Part shown: piece by piece, positions 1 through 10,040 of the stretch
Layout: every line of letters starts with the position of its first letter
Numbering within the stretch: the stretch's first letter is position 1
From: Acidimicrobiia bacterium
GTDB lineage: Bacteria > Actinomycetota > Acidimicrobiia > Spongiisociales > ZC4RG35
DNA: 51,264 nucleotides
Assembly (NCBI GenBank): GCA_009377435.1
Contig: WHUC01000003.1
Location: forward strand, 1 to 51,264
Reading direction: 5' to 3'
Notes under the pieces: generated by a model
Databases searched by the model: none
What the model saw: the letters and a program-made list of their open reading frames with translations, nothing else
What the model was told of the DNA's origin: nothing
Made by a program: the position numbers and the translations under genes

Positions 1-85
1 GCAGGTGTATCTCGGGGCGTTTCGAGGGCATGGCAAGCACCACCAGGACGGCTATGGCGGGGACGAGGACGAGTGCGGTCAACAT
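1..85 (-). CDS. nuoM: NADH-quinone oxidoreductase subunit M, 5' end only (runs off the window)
   Basis: ATG at 85 gives hydrophobic MLTALVLVPAIAVLVVLAMPSKRPEIHL; follows nuoL in canonical order; GGAG at 99-102; alternative GTG start at 88. Confidence 0.75.
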   Translation of the reverse strand, partial: MLTALVLVPAIAVLVVLAMPSKRPEIHL

Positions 86-135
86 CACGGGAACACCGCT
101 CCATCGATCCGACGACCAGCCACATAGTGCACCAC
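85..135 (-). other. 16-aa linker mini-ORF (MVHYVAGRRIDGAVFP) between nuoL and nuoM
   Basis: Its GTG overlaps the nuoL TAG (TAGTG) and its TGA overlaps the nuoM ATG (TGATG). Confidence 0.45.
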
Positions 136-2033
136 TAGAACCACACCCCGATCACGAGCCAGGCGACCACCGCCACCGTCCCGATCAGGAAGAGGGCGGC
201 GTAGTTGCGGACGAACCCGGATTGGAGGGGTTGGATGGCACCACCGATCCGCCTCACCAGGGCCGCCACACCGGTGGCAGCCCCGTCGATGACGCGGGTG
301 TCGAAGGTGAACGCCGCGACCTCGGTGGCCCGCTTGCCCGGCGCCACCAGGAGCGCACCGTAGAGATCATCGATGTTGTAGGCGTTCTCCCATTGGGTCC
401 ACAGCCCGCCGAGCTGATCCTGGAATCTCGCCCAGGACTCGGTGGGTCGGCGGTAGACGAGGTATCCGGAGGCCACACCGATGACAGCGGCAAGAAGGGA
501 GAGTCCGGCAAGGATGAGGAATGAAGTCCAACCCTCCGGGGGGTGGATCTGGGAGATACCCTCGAAGGCCGGCGCCAGGAAATGCTCGAGTGTGAAACGG
601 AATGGGGTATTCACCAACCCCCCGACGAGAGACAGGACGGCGAGCACCAGCAAGGGGACGGTCATCGACCGGGGCGACTCGTGGGGGTGGACACCGTCCT
701 CCCAGCGGGACTCTCCGAGGAACACCATCACCCACTGACGGGTCATGTAAAAGGCGGTGAGGAGGGCGGCTATCAGCCCGACCAACCAGAGGGCGTATCC
801 GTATCCGCCCATCCCGAATGCCGAGGCGAGGATCTCGTCCTTGGACCAGAACCCGGCGAGGGGAACAATGCCGGAAATGGCCAGGGTCCCGATCAGCATG
901 GTCAGCGCCGTCACCGGCATGGCACGGAAGAGGCCACCGAGCTTCCTCATGTCCTGTTCGTCATCCATGGCGTGGATCACCGACCCCGAGCCGAGGAAGA
1001 GGAGGCCCTTGAAGAAGGCATGGGTCATGAGATGGAACATGGCCGCCGTGTACGCCCCGATGCCCACGGCGATGAACATGTAACCGAGTTGGGAGATCGT
1101 CGAGTAGGCGAGGACCTTCTTGATGTCGTTCTGGGCGATGGCGATGCTCGCGGCCCAAATCGCGGTGAGGGCACCCACCGTGGCCACGACCATCCCCGCC
1201 GTCGGAGCGAGGGTGTAGATGGGCGCGGAGCGGGCGATGACATAAACCCCGGCTGTCACCATCGTGGCGGCGTGGATCAGCGCCGACACCGGGGTGGGGC
1301 CCTCCATGGCATCGGGGAGCCAGACGTAGAGGGGGATCTGGGCCGACTTCCCGGCGGCGCCAACCAGGAACAGCAACCCGACGGCCGTGGCCGTCCCCGT
1401 GGAGAGGACATCACCGGCCCGATCGAGGACACCGGTGTAGGAGAGTGTCCCAAAGGAGGCGAACACCACCATCAGCCCGACCATGAAACCGACATCGCCG
1501 ATCCGGTTGACGATGAAGGCCTTCTTCCCGGCGGCGGCGGCGGAGGGCCGGGTGTACCAGAACGACACGAGCAGATAGGAGCACAGACCGACCAGCTCCC
1601 AACCGAGGAACAACATGGCGAAGTTCCCGGCGAGCACCAGGGTGAGCATCGAAGCCGCAAAGAGGTTGAGGTCGACAAAGAAGCGGTGGAATCTCTCGTC
1701 GCCGTGCATGTAGCCGACCGAGTACAGGTGGATCAGCGTTCCCACGCCGGTGACGATGAGGGTCATCAGTGCCGAGAGGGAATCCCATTGGATCTCCAGA
1801 TTTGCCCCGAGCGACGGCATCCACTCCCACAGCATGATGTGGGTGGCTTGCTCTCCCCCCTGGATGAACGGGACGGCGGCGATGGCGGCAACTGCGAAGG
1901 CAGCACCGATCAGGGCGGTCGCCACGTACCCGGCCATGGGCTCACCGAGACGCCGACCCCCAAAATGGAGACCGACCGCCCCGGCCAGGGGCAGCGCTAT
2001 GACCAGCCACACCGAATCGATGATTGCGTTCAA
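135..2033 (-). CDS. nuoL: NADH-quinone oxidoreductase subunit L
   Basis: 632-aa polytopic membrane protein with [38 protein letters not shown] and [10 protein letters not shown] motifs; TTG start overlaps nuoK stop. Confidence 0.97.
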   Translation of the reverse strand: MNAIIDSVWLVIALPLAGAVGLHFGGRRLGEPMAGYVATALIGAAFAVAAIAAVPFIQGGEQATHIMLWEWMPSLGANLEIQWDSLSALMTLIVTGVGTLIHLYSVGYMHGDERFHRFFVDLNLFAASMLTLVLAGNFAMLFLGWELVGLCSYLLVSFWYTRPSAAAAGKKAFIVNRIGDVGFMVGLMVVFASFGTLSYTGVLDRAGDVLSTGTATAVGLLFLVGAAGKSAQIPLYVWLPDAMEGPTPVSALIHAATMVTAGVYVIARSAPIYTLAPTAGMVVATVGALTAIWAASIAIAQNDIKKVLAYSTISQLGYMFIAVGIGAYTAAMFHLMTHAFFKGLLFLGSGSVIHAMDDEQDMRKLGGLFRAMPVTALTMLIGTLAISGIVPLAGFWSKDEILASAFGMGGYGYALWLVGLIAALLTAFYMTRQWVMVFLGESRWEDGVHPHESPRSMTVPLLVLAVLSLVGGLVNTPFRFTLEHFLAPAFEGISQIHPPEGWTSFLILAGLSLLAAVIGVASGYLVYRRPTESWARFQDQLGGLWTQWENAYNIDDLYGALLVAPGKRATEVAAFTFDTRVIDGAATGVAALVRRIGGAIQPLQSGFVRNYAALFLIGTVAVVAWLVIGVWF

Positions 2034-2335
2034 CCGCTCAGCTCGGCAAGCTCGTCAACGGAGGCGGTGGCCCGGTTTCGGAACACCGAGACGAGGATGG
2101 CAAGCCCGACCACGACCTCGGCGGCGGCGACGACGAGGACGAAAAAGACCGAGACCTGACCGTCGAGCGTCCCCAGTTCGCGTCCTGCGGAGATGAGGGT
2201 GAGGTTGACGGCGTTGAGCATCAGCTCGACACACATGAACATGACCAGGGCGTTGCGACGGATGAGGATGCCGAGGGCACCGATGGCGAAGAGGATGGCG
2301 GCGAGACCCATGTACCAGCCGGCAGTGACGATCAC
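2030..2335 (-). CDS. nuoK: NADH-quinone oxidoreductase subunit K
   Basis: 101 aa, three TM helices, [17 protein letters not shown] and [10 protein letters not shown] motifs. Confidence 0.97.
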   Translation of the reverse strand: MIVTAGWYMGLAAILFAIGALGILIRRNALVMFMCVELMLNAVNLTLISAGRELGTLDGQVSVFFVLVVAAAEVVVGLAILVSVFRNRATASVDELAELSG

Positions 2336-2886
2336 GACGTCACCTCGGGGTCGATGGGCAGATCGACGGGCTTTCCTCTACGGGAGGCGAGGGCGATCGC
2401 CCCCGCCGACCCGATCGTGAGCAGCAATGCGGTGGCCTCGAAGGCCAACACCCAGTCGGAGAAGAGAACCCGGGCGAGGGCGACGGTGGTCCCGTTCGTA
2501 GCCTGGGGGATCCTCTCGCCGGTGGCGGCGATCACCCAACTGAACCGACCGCTGAAGGCGACGGCGAATGCGGTGGCGACTATCCCGAGCACACCGAGGA
2601 TCACCAGTTGTCGTTGCCGGGGGAGCCTCTCGTTCTGGTCATCGGCCCGATCCACCCCGATCAGCATGATGACGAACAGAAAGAGGGTCATTACCGCCCC
2701 GGCGTAGACCACGACGTGGATGGCGGCGATGAAATGGGCGAGCTGGGCGACATAGAGGACCCCGAGGGCCAACATCGACCCGAGAAGACCCATGGCCCCG
2801 TAGACGGGGTTTCGGGCGAGAACGACGGTCACGCCCCCGGCGAGGGCGGGGAGCGCCATGAGCCCAAAGATGATCACCTCCGCCAT
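2332..2886 (-). CDS. nuoJ: NADH-quinone oxidoreductase subunit J
   Basis: [22 protein letters not shown] and FE motifs; start MAEVIIF at ATG 2886 overlapping the nuoI stop. Confidence 0.95.
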   Translation of the reverse strand: MAEVIIFGLMALPALAGGVTVVLARNPVYGAMGLLGSMLALGVLYVAQLAHFIAAIHVVVYAGAVMTLFLFVIMLIGVDRADDQNERLPRQRQLVILGVLGIVATAFAVAFSGRFSWVIAATGERIPQATNGTTVALARVLFSDWVLAFEATALLLTIGSAGAIALASRRGKPVDLPIDPEVTS

Positions 2887-3515
2887 CAGGAGTCCCTCGT
2901 CTCCTGGTCGGGTTCGGGATCCCACGACGCCGGGCCCGGGGTCCCCTGCCATGTCTGGACGCCCTCGTAGGAGGCATTGCCGGCGGGGGCTGTGGCCTTC
3001 AGCCAACCGTCGGCGGTGAGAAGCTCCTTCATGTCGGCCAGCGGATCATCGGGGAACATGTGGGGCACGTTCCCGTCGGTATCCATGAGAAGCTCTTCCC
3101 GGGTGTAGATGGCATCGCCGCGGTTGGTGGTCGAGAACTCGAAGAGCTGGGTCATGGTGATGGCCTCGGTGGGGCAGGCCTCGACACAGAGCCCGCAGAA
3201 GATGCAGCGGAGCATGTTGATCTCGTAGACGAATCCGAACCGCTCCCCCGGGCTGTTGGGGTTCTCGGGGTCGTTGTCCTTGCCCCTGACGTAGATGCAG
3301 CGGGCCGGACACGCCCCGGCGCACAACTCGCAGCCGATGCACTTCTCCATGCCGTCGGGATAGCGGTTGAGCACGTGACGGCCATGGAACCGCTGCGGCT
3401 TCTCCCGCATCTCCTTGGGGTAACGGGTAGTGAGCATCTCCTTACCGGTGACGGTCTCGATCAGAACCGACCCGGTCGCCCTGAGCCCCTTGAGGAGTTC
3501 GGTCAGCACACCCAT
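2886..3515 (-). CDS. nuoI: NADH-quinone oxidoreductase subunit I
   Basis: Two ferredoxin motifs CIGCELCAGACP and CIFCGLCVEACP; RFHGRH. Confidence 0.97.
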   Translation of the reverse strand: MGVLTELLKGLRATGSVLIETVTGKEMLTTRYPKEMREKPQRFHGRHVLNRYPDGMEKCIGCELCAGACPARCIYVRGKDNDPENPNSPGERFGFVYEINMLRCIFCGLCVEACPTEAITMTQLFEFSTTNRGDAIYTREELLMDTDGNVPHMFPDDPLADMKELLTADGWLKATAPAGNASYEGVQTWQGTPGPASWDPEPDQETRDS

Positions 3516-3530
3516 GTCAGCACTCTCATC

Positions 3531-4616
3531 TCAACTCCAGGGCAGTCCGAATCGGCGGTATCCGAGCACGACTGCGGTCAGCATCAGCCAGCCCAGCGCC
3601 CCGGGGATGAGACGTTTCCATCCCAGGGCCATCAACTGGTCGTAGCGGAGCCGGGGGAGGGTGGCCCGGATCCAGAAGAATATGAAGACCAGCACGTACG
3701 TCTTGATCATGAACCACACGAAGGGGAGCAGCGCCGACAGCCACACGGGGAGCACACCGTCCCAGGTCGGGCCGTTCCACCCACCGAGGAACAGGGTGGC
3801 GGTGAGGGCAGACATGGAGAAGATGTTGATGTACTCGGCGAGAAAGAACATGGCGAAACGCATCCCCGAGTACTCGGTGAAATAGCCCCCGACAAGCTCC
3901 TGTTCCGCCTCTACGAGGTCAAATGGCGCCCGGTTGGTCTCGGCGATCGCGGCGATGAAGAAGATGACGAAGGCAACTATCTGGGGAATGAGGTTCCAGC
4001 GGGGGATGATCCCGGCCCATGTGCCCGACTGACGCTCCACCAGCTCGGCGAGCGAGAGCGTGCCCCCGGGCGCGTCGGCCGCCTGGGTGGCCGAGAACAG
4101 CACGACGGCGACCATGGCGAGACCCATGGCTGCCTCGTAGGAAATGGCCTGAGCGGTCGCCCGCACCCCACCGAGCAGTGGGTACTTGGACCCCGAAGAC
4201 CAGCCGGCGATCACGACCGCGTACACCGCCATCGAGGACATGGCCAGGACGATGAGGAGTCCAACGTCTACATCCATCCCCTGGAGGGGAATGACCCGAT
4301 CACCGATGGTGATGGGACGACCAAACGGGATATTGAGGAAGATGAGGAACGCCGGAATCACGGCGAGGAAGGGAGCAAGCAGGAACATCCCCACCTCGGA
4401 CCGGGCCGGGATGATCGACTCCTTGAAGAACAGCTTGAGACCGTCGGCAACGGTCTGAAGCATCCCGAATGGCCCGGCACGCTCCGGTCCGATCCGGTTC
4501 TGGAAGTCGGCGACGACCTTGCGCTCGGCCCAGACGTTGATAATGGTGACCAACAGGAGCAGGGCGAACACGACGACGACGCGGAGGACGACGATGAGAA
4601 AGTCGATCCAGTCCAT
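3531..4616 (-). CDS. nuoH: NADH-quinone oxidoreductase subunit H
   Basis: ERKVVADFQNRIGP, ADGLKLFFKE, ETNRAPFDLVEAEQELVGG and RLRYDQLM; start MDWIDF at 4616 (the longer ORF reads through a repeat). Confidence 0.96.
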   Translation of the reverse strand: MDWIDFLIVVLRVVVVFALLLLVTIINVWAERKVVADFQNRIGPERAGPFGMLQTVADGLKLFFKESIIPARSEVGMFLLAPFLAVIPAFLIFLNIPFGRPITIGDRVIPLQGMDVDVGLLIVLAMSSMAVYAVVIAGWSSGSKYPLLGGVRATAQAISYEAAMGLAMVAVVLFSATQAADAPGGTLSLAELVERQSGTWAGIIPRWNLIPQIVAFVIFFIAAIAETNRAPFDLVEAEQELVGGYFTEYSGMRFAMFFLAEYINIFSMSALTATLFLGGWNGPTWDGVLPVWLSALLPFVWFMIKTYVLVFIFFWIRATLPRLRYDQLMALGWKRLIPGALGWLMLTAVVLGYRRFGLPWS

Positions 4617-4671
4617 CAGCGGCGCAGGCTGGTCATAGGAACGTGGGACAGGTGGTGCAGACGGGTCTCCC

Positions 4672-4836
4672 CGGAGGCTGGTGTGGAATGCCGTCGTGCA
4701 GATCGGCGGCCAGACGCGTCGCTCGCCAGGACGCAGGACGAAGACGCACCCGGTGCGGTGCTTCGAGGACGAGGACGCCGCGAGCGGCGATGGCTGGGCG
4801 TCGAGATGTGTGACATGCGTTTCACACCGGCCTCCG
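4672..4836. mobile_element. Non-autonomous MITE-like element (family A), 165 bp
   Basis: Imperfect 20-bp terminal inverted repeats CGGAGGCTGGTGTGGAATGC / CGGAGGCCGGTGTGAAACGC (17/20); internal parts recur at 21528-21585, 40789-40827 and 40856-40892. Confidence 0.75.
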
Positions 4837-4924
4837 TCGGACGTGACGGAGATTAGGGAGCCGCAACAAGGCCAACAAACCGTTGGAGACCCCGAGACAT
4901 CCCACCGCATATAGCATTCGAGAC

Positions 4925-6004
4925 ATGGCATCGGTGACGTTCCACGACGTGGCGTTCCGACGGGGGGAGGTGGACGTGCTCACCGGCATCGATCTGGCGA
5001 TCGACGATGGTGAGATCGTGGTCGTGGTGGGCCCGTCGGGGTCGGGGAAGTCGACCATCCTGCGACTGATCGCCGGTCTGGAGGCGCCCACATCGGGGGT
5101 TGTCGTCGTCGGTGACCAGCCGACCGGCACGCGGACAACGCCGGGTGTCGCCATGGTCGCCGAACAGCCCGGTCTCTATGAGCATCTCGACGTCGGGGGC
5201 AATCTGAGCTTTCCCCTCCTCATTCGGGGTGATGCCCGGGATGAGGCACAAACAGCCGCCCGTACCCAGGCCGACGAGTTGCAGATCCGTTCCCTCGTCG
5301 ACAGGACACCGGGGAAGTTGTCCGCGGGCCAACGGGATCTGGTGGCCACGGGCCGGGCGCTCATCCGTCCCGAGATCGAGGTCCTGCTTCTCGACGAACT
5401 CCTCGCCCGGGCGGATCTCCACCTCCGGGTGCGGGTTCGGGACATCATCCGTGATCTACATCTGAGGAGAGGACCCACGGTGGTATTGGCAACCAACGAT
5501 CCCGCCGAGGCGATGGCGCTGGCGGACCGCGTCGCCGTGCTGAGCGACGGCGCCCTCAGACAGTTCGACCCCCCGATGACGGTCTATCATGATCCGGTCT
5601 CGTTGGATGTGGCCGACATCATCTCGTCGTATCCGATCAATCGACTCAAGGGTGTTCTCCGCAGCGGGGACCCGGGATGGGTCATCATCGGTGAGAACCG
5701 ACTACTGCTCCCCCGACGGCTGGGTGACGAGCACGATGGCAAACCGCTGGTCGTCGGGATCCGCCCCGAGGATCTCTCGCTCACGGACTCGGCGACGGGA
5801 CCGTCCCTGGAGGGACGTGCCGTCTCCGAGGCCGTGTTGGGTCGGAAGACCGAGATCCACTTCGAACTGGAGCCACCCGACGGTGATGGCCATGTCGCCG
5901 TGGTTGCGGGCAACCCGGAGATCCCCGGTGTGATACGGCTCGCCGTGGCCCGGCTCCTACTGTTCACCCCCGATGGTGCCCGCTGGCATCCGGCGAACCC
6001 ATGA
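4925..6004 (+). CDS. Orphan sugar-type (MalK/SugC-like) ABC transporter ATP-binding protein
   Basis: Walker A GPSGSGKS, signature LSAGQ, Walker B LLLDE, C-terminal GIRPE/TOBE-like region; TAGCAT -10 box 7 nt before ATG 4925. Confidence 0.9.
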   Translation: MASVTFHDVAFRRGEVDVLTGIDLAIDDGEIVVVVGPSGSGKSTILRLIAGLEAPTSGVVVVGDQPTGTRTTPGVAMVAEQPGLYEHLDVGGNLSFPLLIRGDARDEAQTAARTQADELQIRSLVDRTPGKLSAGQRDLVATGRALIRPEIEVLLLDELLARADLHLRVRVRDIIRDLHLRRGPTVVLATNDPAEAMALADRVAVLSDGALRQFDPPMTVYHDPVSLDVADIISSYPINRLKGVLRSGDPGWVIIGENRLLLPRRLGDEHDGKPLVVGIRPEDLSLTDSATGPSLEGRAVSEAVLGRKTEIHFELEPPDGDGHVAVVAGNPEIPGVIRLAVARLLLFTPDGARWHPANP

Positions 6005-6009
6005 CGCGC

Positions 6010-6037
6010 CGAGGGGACCGGAAGACCGGTCCCCTCG
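6010..6037. terminator. Hairpin between convergent genes, probably a bidirectional terminator
   Basis: Perfect 12-bp stem CGAGGGGACCGG-AAGA-CCGGTCCCCTCG between the ABC ATPase stop and the small lipoprotein stop. Confidence 0.75.
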
Positions 6038-6059
6038 ACATCTGATTTGGTCAGATGGT

Positions 6060-6233
6060 TCAGCCGGCGGCCGTAGTCGGCGCGATCGCCGTCGTCGGCG
6101 CGATCGCCGTCGTCGGCGCAGCCGTGTCGGCCGGCCCGGCCGGCGCTGTGTCTGTGGTGCCCCCGCCGTCGGATGTGCAGGCGCCCAGGGCGAATACCGA
6201 TATGATTCCTAGTGCGAGCAGTTTCTTCTTCAT
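6060..6233 (-). CDS. 57-aa Thr/Ala/Pro-rich lipoprotein (below the ORF-track cutoff)
   Basis: AAGGAGG RBS; MKKKLLALGIISVFALGA-C signal II/lipobox; APTTAI repeats; stop at 6060-6062. Confidence 0.85.
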   Translation of the reverse strand: MKKKLLALGIISVFALGACTSDGGGTTDTAPAGPADTAAPTTAIAPTTAIAPTTAAG

Positions 6234-6327
6234 GGGAATCCTCCTTGCTTAGTAGATCCCATACGTTTGTAAATGCCCCGTGCGGGCACTCCAGAAGGAG
6301 CTTATACCGGTCCCCGTACTATGAGAA

Positions 6328-8721
6328 TCAATCAGGCTCACCAACGGCGGTGACCCGCACCACGGGGTCATCGCCGAGCGGACCGACACCAGGTTGGTTG
6401 AAGGGAACGTAGACCACCCCGCGATGAAGGGAAGGGTCGACCTGGACGGGCAACTCGGCCTCACCACGCTTGGTGACAAGCCGCACCGCCGACCCCGTGC
6501 GCGCCCCCAGCCGACGGGCGTCGTCGGGATGGAGGTGGGCAAAACCTCCGGGTGCCAGCCGGTGCAACGACGGCCCCTTCCGCATCATCACCCCATCGTC
6601 GTAGAGCTTGCGTGCGCTGTGGAGAACGAGTTCGGCGCCAACCGTGGGCTGGGTGGTCATCTCGGGTCGGTAGACGGGAACATCGGCGCCGGGGGCGGGG
6701 ACGACCACCCCGTCGCGCTCCTCCCAATCAAGTGCATCCCAGGATGCCTCCGCATAGGCGGGGACCCGGGCCATCATGGCGTCGTTGATCTCCTGCTCGG
6801 ACGTCCATCCGAGATCCGATCCCAGCGCGGTGGCGATATCGGCGATGATCGACCAGTCGGAGCGCGACTGACCCGACCCCGGGGCGATCCTGTTCACCTT
6901 CTGGACCCGACCCTCGATGTTGGTAACCGTCCCCTCCTTCTCGCTGAATCCGAGAGCGGGGAGGATGACATCGGCATGGGCGGTCGAGTCGTTGTGGAAC
7001 ATGTCGATGGCCACGACGAACTCGGCGCCGGACAGACCGGACGTCGCCAACGAGCCGTCGGGTACGTCGCGCACCGGGTCCGCCCCCACCAACAGCAGAC
7101 CTCGGATATCCCCACTGGCGAGCCCTCCGAGTATCTGCCTCGTGTCCCGTCCCGTTTCGGTGGCGGCGATCCGTCCGGGCTCGAGATCGGGGGCGACACC
7201 CATGTCGAGGGCGCCGAAAACGTTGGCCCGACGGGCGAGCGGCAGGACCCGCGAATCCTCGAGTTCGAGAATCCAACTGGCCACGGCCTCGGCCATGGTC
7301 GGACCCTCGGTGTACCCGGTGCGACCGACGAACGCCACGACCGGACTCGCTTCGAGGAGAGCGTTCACATCATCGCGGTCTCCCCCGCGGAGTTGGGTGA
7401 GGAGGTCGCTGCCCGACCCCGGGCGATAGGTGATCTTCAGGTCCGCCCGGTCGTCGAGACCAGTGGCGCGGGGATGGATGACGATCAGGTTCGCTCCCAG
7501 CTCCTGGACCGCATGGCGGACACGGAGATAGAGCGTGGGGTGCTCCTCTTTCAGGTCGGGTCCCCACACGATGATCGTCCCGGCGGTGTCGACATCGGAG
7601 ATACGGGCCCGCCGATCGATCCCGGTGAGGAGTCGGGTGCCCAGGGCGTCGTCCATGCGACAGTCGATGTTCTTGGTCCCGAGAACGTCCCGGGCGAAAA
7701 CGGAGAGGGCATAGGCGTCTTCGTTGGTGCCGTGGGCACCACCGAGAACGGCCAGGGCATCGCCTCCATGGGCCTCCCTTATGGCACCAAAGCGCTGTGC
7801 GATGATCGAGGTGGCCTCTCCCCAGGAGACCTCCTCGTAGGTCCCGCCCTCCTGGCGGGCCAATGGGTTGGTGAGACGATCCTCGGAGTTGAGATATTCG
7901 AAGCCGAAACGGCACTTGTCGGACAACCAGCCCCGGTTGGTGGCGTCGACATCGACCCCGAGGAACCGGAGTACCTGATTCTGGGACGCCTCGATGCTGA
8001 TGCGGTCACCGGCCGTGCAATGGGGGCAGGTTGATTCGACTGCCTTGAGATCCCAGGGGCGAGCCCGGAAACGGTACGGAGTGGCGGTGAGGGCGCCGAC
8101 CGGACAAATCTGGACGGTGTTGCCCGAGAAGTAGCTGCTGAAGGGCTGGTTGGGAAAGATCGAGATCTGGGTTCCGTAACCACGCTCCTTGAACTCGATG
8201 AGCGGGTCACCGGGGACCTCGTCGGCGAATCGGGTGCAGCGGGCACAGAGGATGCACCGCTCCCGGTCCAGCAGCACCAGATCGGAGATGGGTATGGGCT
8301 TCTCGAAATGACGCTTCTCCTCGACGAACCGGGTCTCTCCGGGACCGTACGACATCGTCTGGTCCTGGAGTGGGCACTCACCGCCCCGGTCGCAGACCGG
8401 GCAATCGAGCGGGTGATTGATGAGCAGATACTCGAGGATGGCCTCCTGGGCCTTCTTCACCCTGTCGTTCTTGGTGTCGACCACCATGCCGTCACTGATC
8501 GGGTTGGTGCAGGCGGTGACCATCATGCTGCCCCCCGGGGTTTCGATGTCCACGAGACACATCCGGCACATGCCCACCTCTTTCAGACGGGGATGCCAAC
8601 AGAACCGGGGTATGTAGGTGCCGTTGTCCTCTGCCGTCTTGATGAGGAGCTCGCCCTCGGGGGCGCGCACCTCCTTGCCGTCGATGGTGACCAGAACCCC
8701 CTCGGTCTCGCGGGCGGTCAA
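6328..8721 (-). CDS. nuoG: NADH-quinone oxidoreductase subunit G
   Basis: PRFCWH..GMCRMCLV, HPLDCPVCDRGGEC, CILCARC and a molybdopterin-oxidoreductase-like C-terminus; TTG start overlaps nuoF TGA after a GAGGAGG RBS. Confidence 0.95.
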   Translation of the reverse strand: MTARETEGVLVTIDGKEVRAPEGELLIKTAEDNGTYIPRFCWHPRLKEVGMCRMCLVDIETPGGSMMVTACTNPISDGMVVDTKNDRVKKAQEAILEYLLINHPLDCPVCDRGGECPLQDQTMSYGPGETRFVEEKRHFEKPIPISDLVLLDRERCILCARCTRFADEVPGDPLIEFKERGYGTQISIFPNQPFSSYFSGNTVQICPVGALTATPYRFRARPWDLKAVESTCPHCTAGDRISIEASQNQVLRFLGVDVDATNRGWLSDKCRFGFEYLNSEDRLTNPLARQEGGTYEEVSWGEATSIIAQRFGAIREAHGGDALAVLGGAHGTNEDAYALSVFARDVLGTKNIDCRMDDALGTRLLTGIDRRARISDVDTAGTIIVWGPDLKEEHPTLYLRVRHAVQELGANLIVIHPRATGLDDRADLKITYRPGSGSDLLTQLRGGDRDDVNALLEASPVVAFVGRTGYTEGPTMAEAVASWILELEDSRVLPLARRANVFGALDMGVAPDLEPGRIAATETGRDTRQILGGLASGDIRGLLLVGADPVRDVPDGSLATSGLSGAEFVVAIDMFHNDSTAHADVILPALGFSEKEGTVTNIEGRVQKVNRIAPGSGQSRSDWSIIADIATALGSDLGWTSEQEINDAMMARVPAYAEASWDALDWEERDGVVVPAPGADVPVYRPEMTTQPTVGAELVLHSARKLYDDGVMMRKGPSLHRLAPGGFAHLHPDDARRLGARTGSAVRLVTKRGEAELPVQVDPSLHRGVVYVPFNQPGVGPLGDDPVVRVTAVGEPD

Positions 8722-10040
8722 GCCACGACCTCCTCCTCCTCGACACGCCCGAAGGGACATCCGCCGCCCTCGATATGGGCGACGACCTCATCACCGAAGT
8801 GGTCCCTGAGGGAGATGATCGGCGATACCGCCGAAGGCCCGAGGGCACAAATCGTGGTCATCTTGGGCGGCCATTCGAGTCCGATCGATATACCGTCGGA
8901 GACGTCGAGGATGACATCGAAGTCCACGGGTCGGCCCTGGCCGTTCTCGATGCGGGTGAGCATCATCTCCAGCCAGGGAGCGCCCTCCCGACAGGGGGTG
9001 CACTCGCCACACGACTCGTGGGCGAAGAAACGGACGAGCCGTAGGGCGGCCCGAACCACACAGGTCGTCTCATCCATCACCACCACGGCCCCGGACCCGA
9101 TCATGGAACCGGCGTCGGCGGTGGCCTGTTTGGTCAGCGGCATGTCGAGGTGCAGGGAGGGGACAAACCAGGGGGCCGAGGCGCCGCCGGGGATCCAGGT
9201 CTTCAACTCGTTCCCATCGCGGATGCCCCCGGCGACGTCGTAGATGATCTCCCGCCAGGTCAGACCGTGGGGCAACTCGTAGTTGCCCGGTTCGTTGACA
9301 TGACCGGAGAGAGAAAGCAGAAAGGTGCCGGTGTCCTCGGGATGGGCGATGCCCTTGAAGTCCTCGGCCCCCATGGCCAGGACGTGGGGGACGTTGCAGA
9401 TCGTCTCCACGTTGTTGACGATGGTTGGCTTCATGTAGAGCCCCTTGGCGGCGGGGAAGTAGGGCGGCTTGAGGCGAGGTTCGCCACGCAAACCCTCCAG
9501 TGAGTTGATCATGGCGGTCTCCTCCCCGCATATGTAGGCGCCCCCGCCGAGATGGACCGTGACCTCGAGATCGAAGTCGGTGCCGAATATCCCCTCACCG
9601 AGGTAGCCGGCGGCGTACGCCTCGTCGACGGCCTGTTGGACCCGACGCGCCGGTTTGGGGTACTCGCCGCGAATGTAGATGAAGGCGTGGTTGGCCTCGT
9701 TGGCCCACGAGGTGATGATCAAGCCCTCGATGAGCTGATGGGGATCCCGTTCGAGGAGCTGGCGATCCTTGAAGGTACCCGGCTCCGACTCGTCGGCGTT
9801 GACCACCACATAGGCGGGGCGGTCCGGGGCGAGGAAGCTCCATTTGAGCCCGGCCGAGAAGGCAGCCCCGCCTCTGCCGAGGAGGTTGGCACTCTTCACC
9901 GTCTCCACGATCTCGTCCCGGGTCATGTCGAGACTCCGACGTGCCATCTCGTAGCCGCCGGTCTCCTGATAGCGGTCCAGCGTGTGGGAATCGGTCGGGT
10001 GATCGACCATCCGTCGGGTGACGACGAGCGGTCTGCTCAT
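8718..10040 (-). CDS. nuoF: NADH-quinone oxidoreductase subunit F
   Basis: GRGGAAF, NADESEPGTFKDR, GAYICGEET and ESCGECTPCREG; ATGA overlap with nuoE. Confidence 0.97.
   Translation of the reverse strand: MSRPLVVTRRMVDHPTDSHTLDRYQETGGYEMARRSLDMTRDEIVETVKSANLLGRGGAAFSAGLKWSFLAPDRPAYVVVNADESEPGTFKDRQLLERDPHQLIEGLIITSWANEANHAFIYIRGEYPKPARRVQQAVDEAYAAGYLGEGIFGTDFDLEVTVHLGGGAYICGEETAMINSLEGLRGEPRLKPPYFPAAKGLYMKPTIVNNVETICNVPHVLAMGAEDFKGIAHPEDTGTFLLSLSGHVNEPGNYELPHGLTWREIIYDVAGGIRDGNELKTWIPGGASAPWFVPSLHLDMPLTKQATADAGSMIGSGAVVVMDETTCVVRAALRLVRFFAHESCGECTPCREGAPWLEMMLTRIENGQGRPVDFDVILDVSDGISIGLEWPPKMTTICALGPSAVSPIISLRDHFGDEVVAHIEGGGCPFGRVEEEEVVA

Noticed and set aside
4808-4827. Rex or CRP site in the MITE
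   Set aside because: Half-sites TGTGA and TCACA are 8 nt apart rather than the canonical 6
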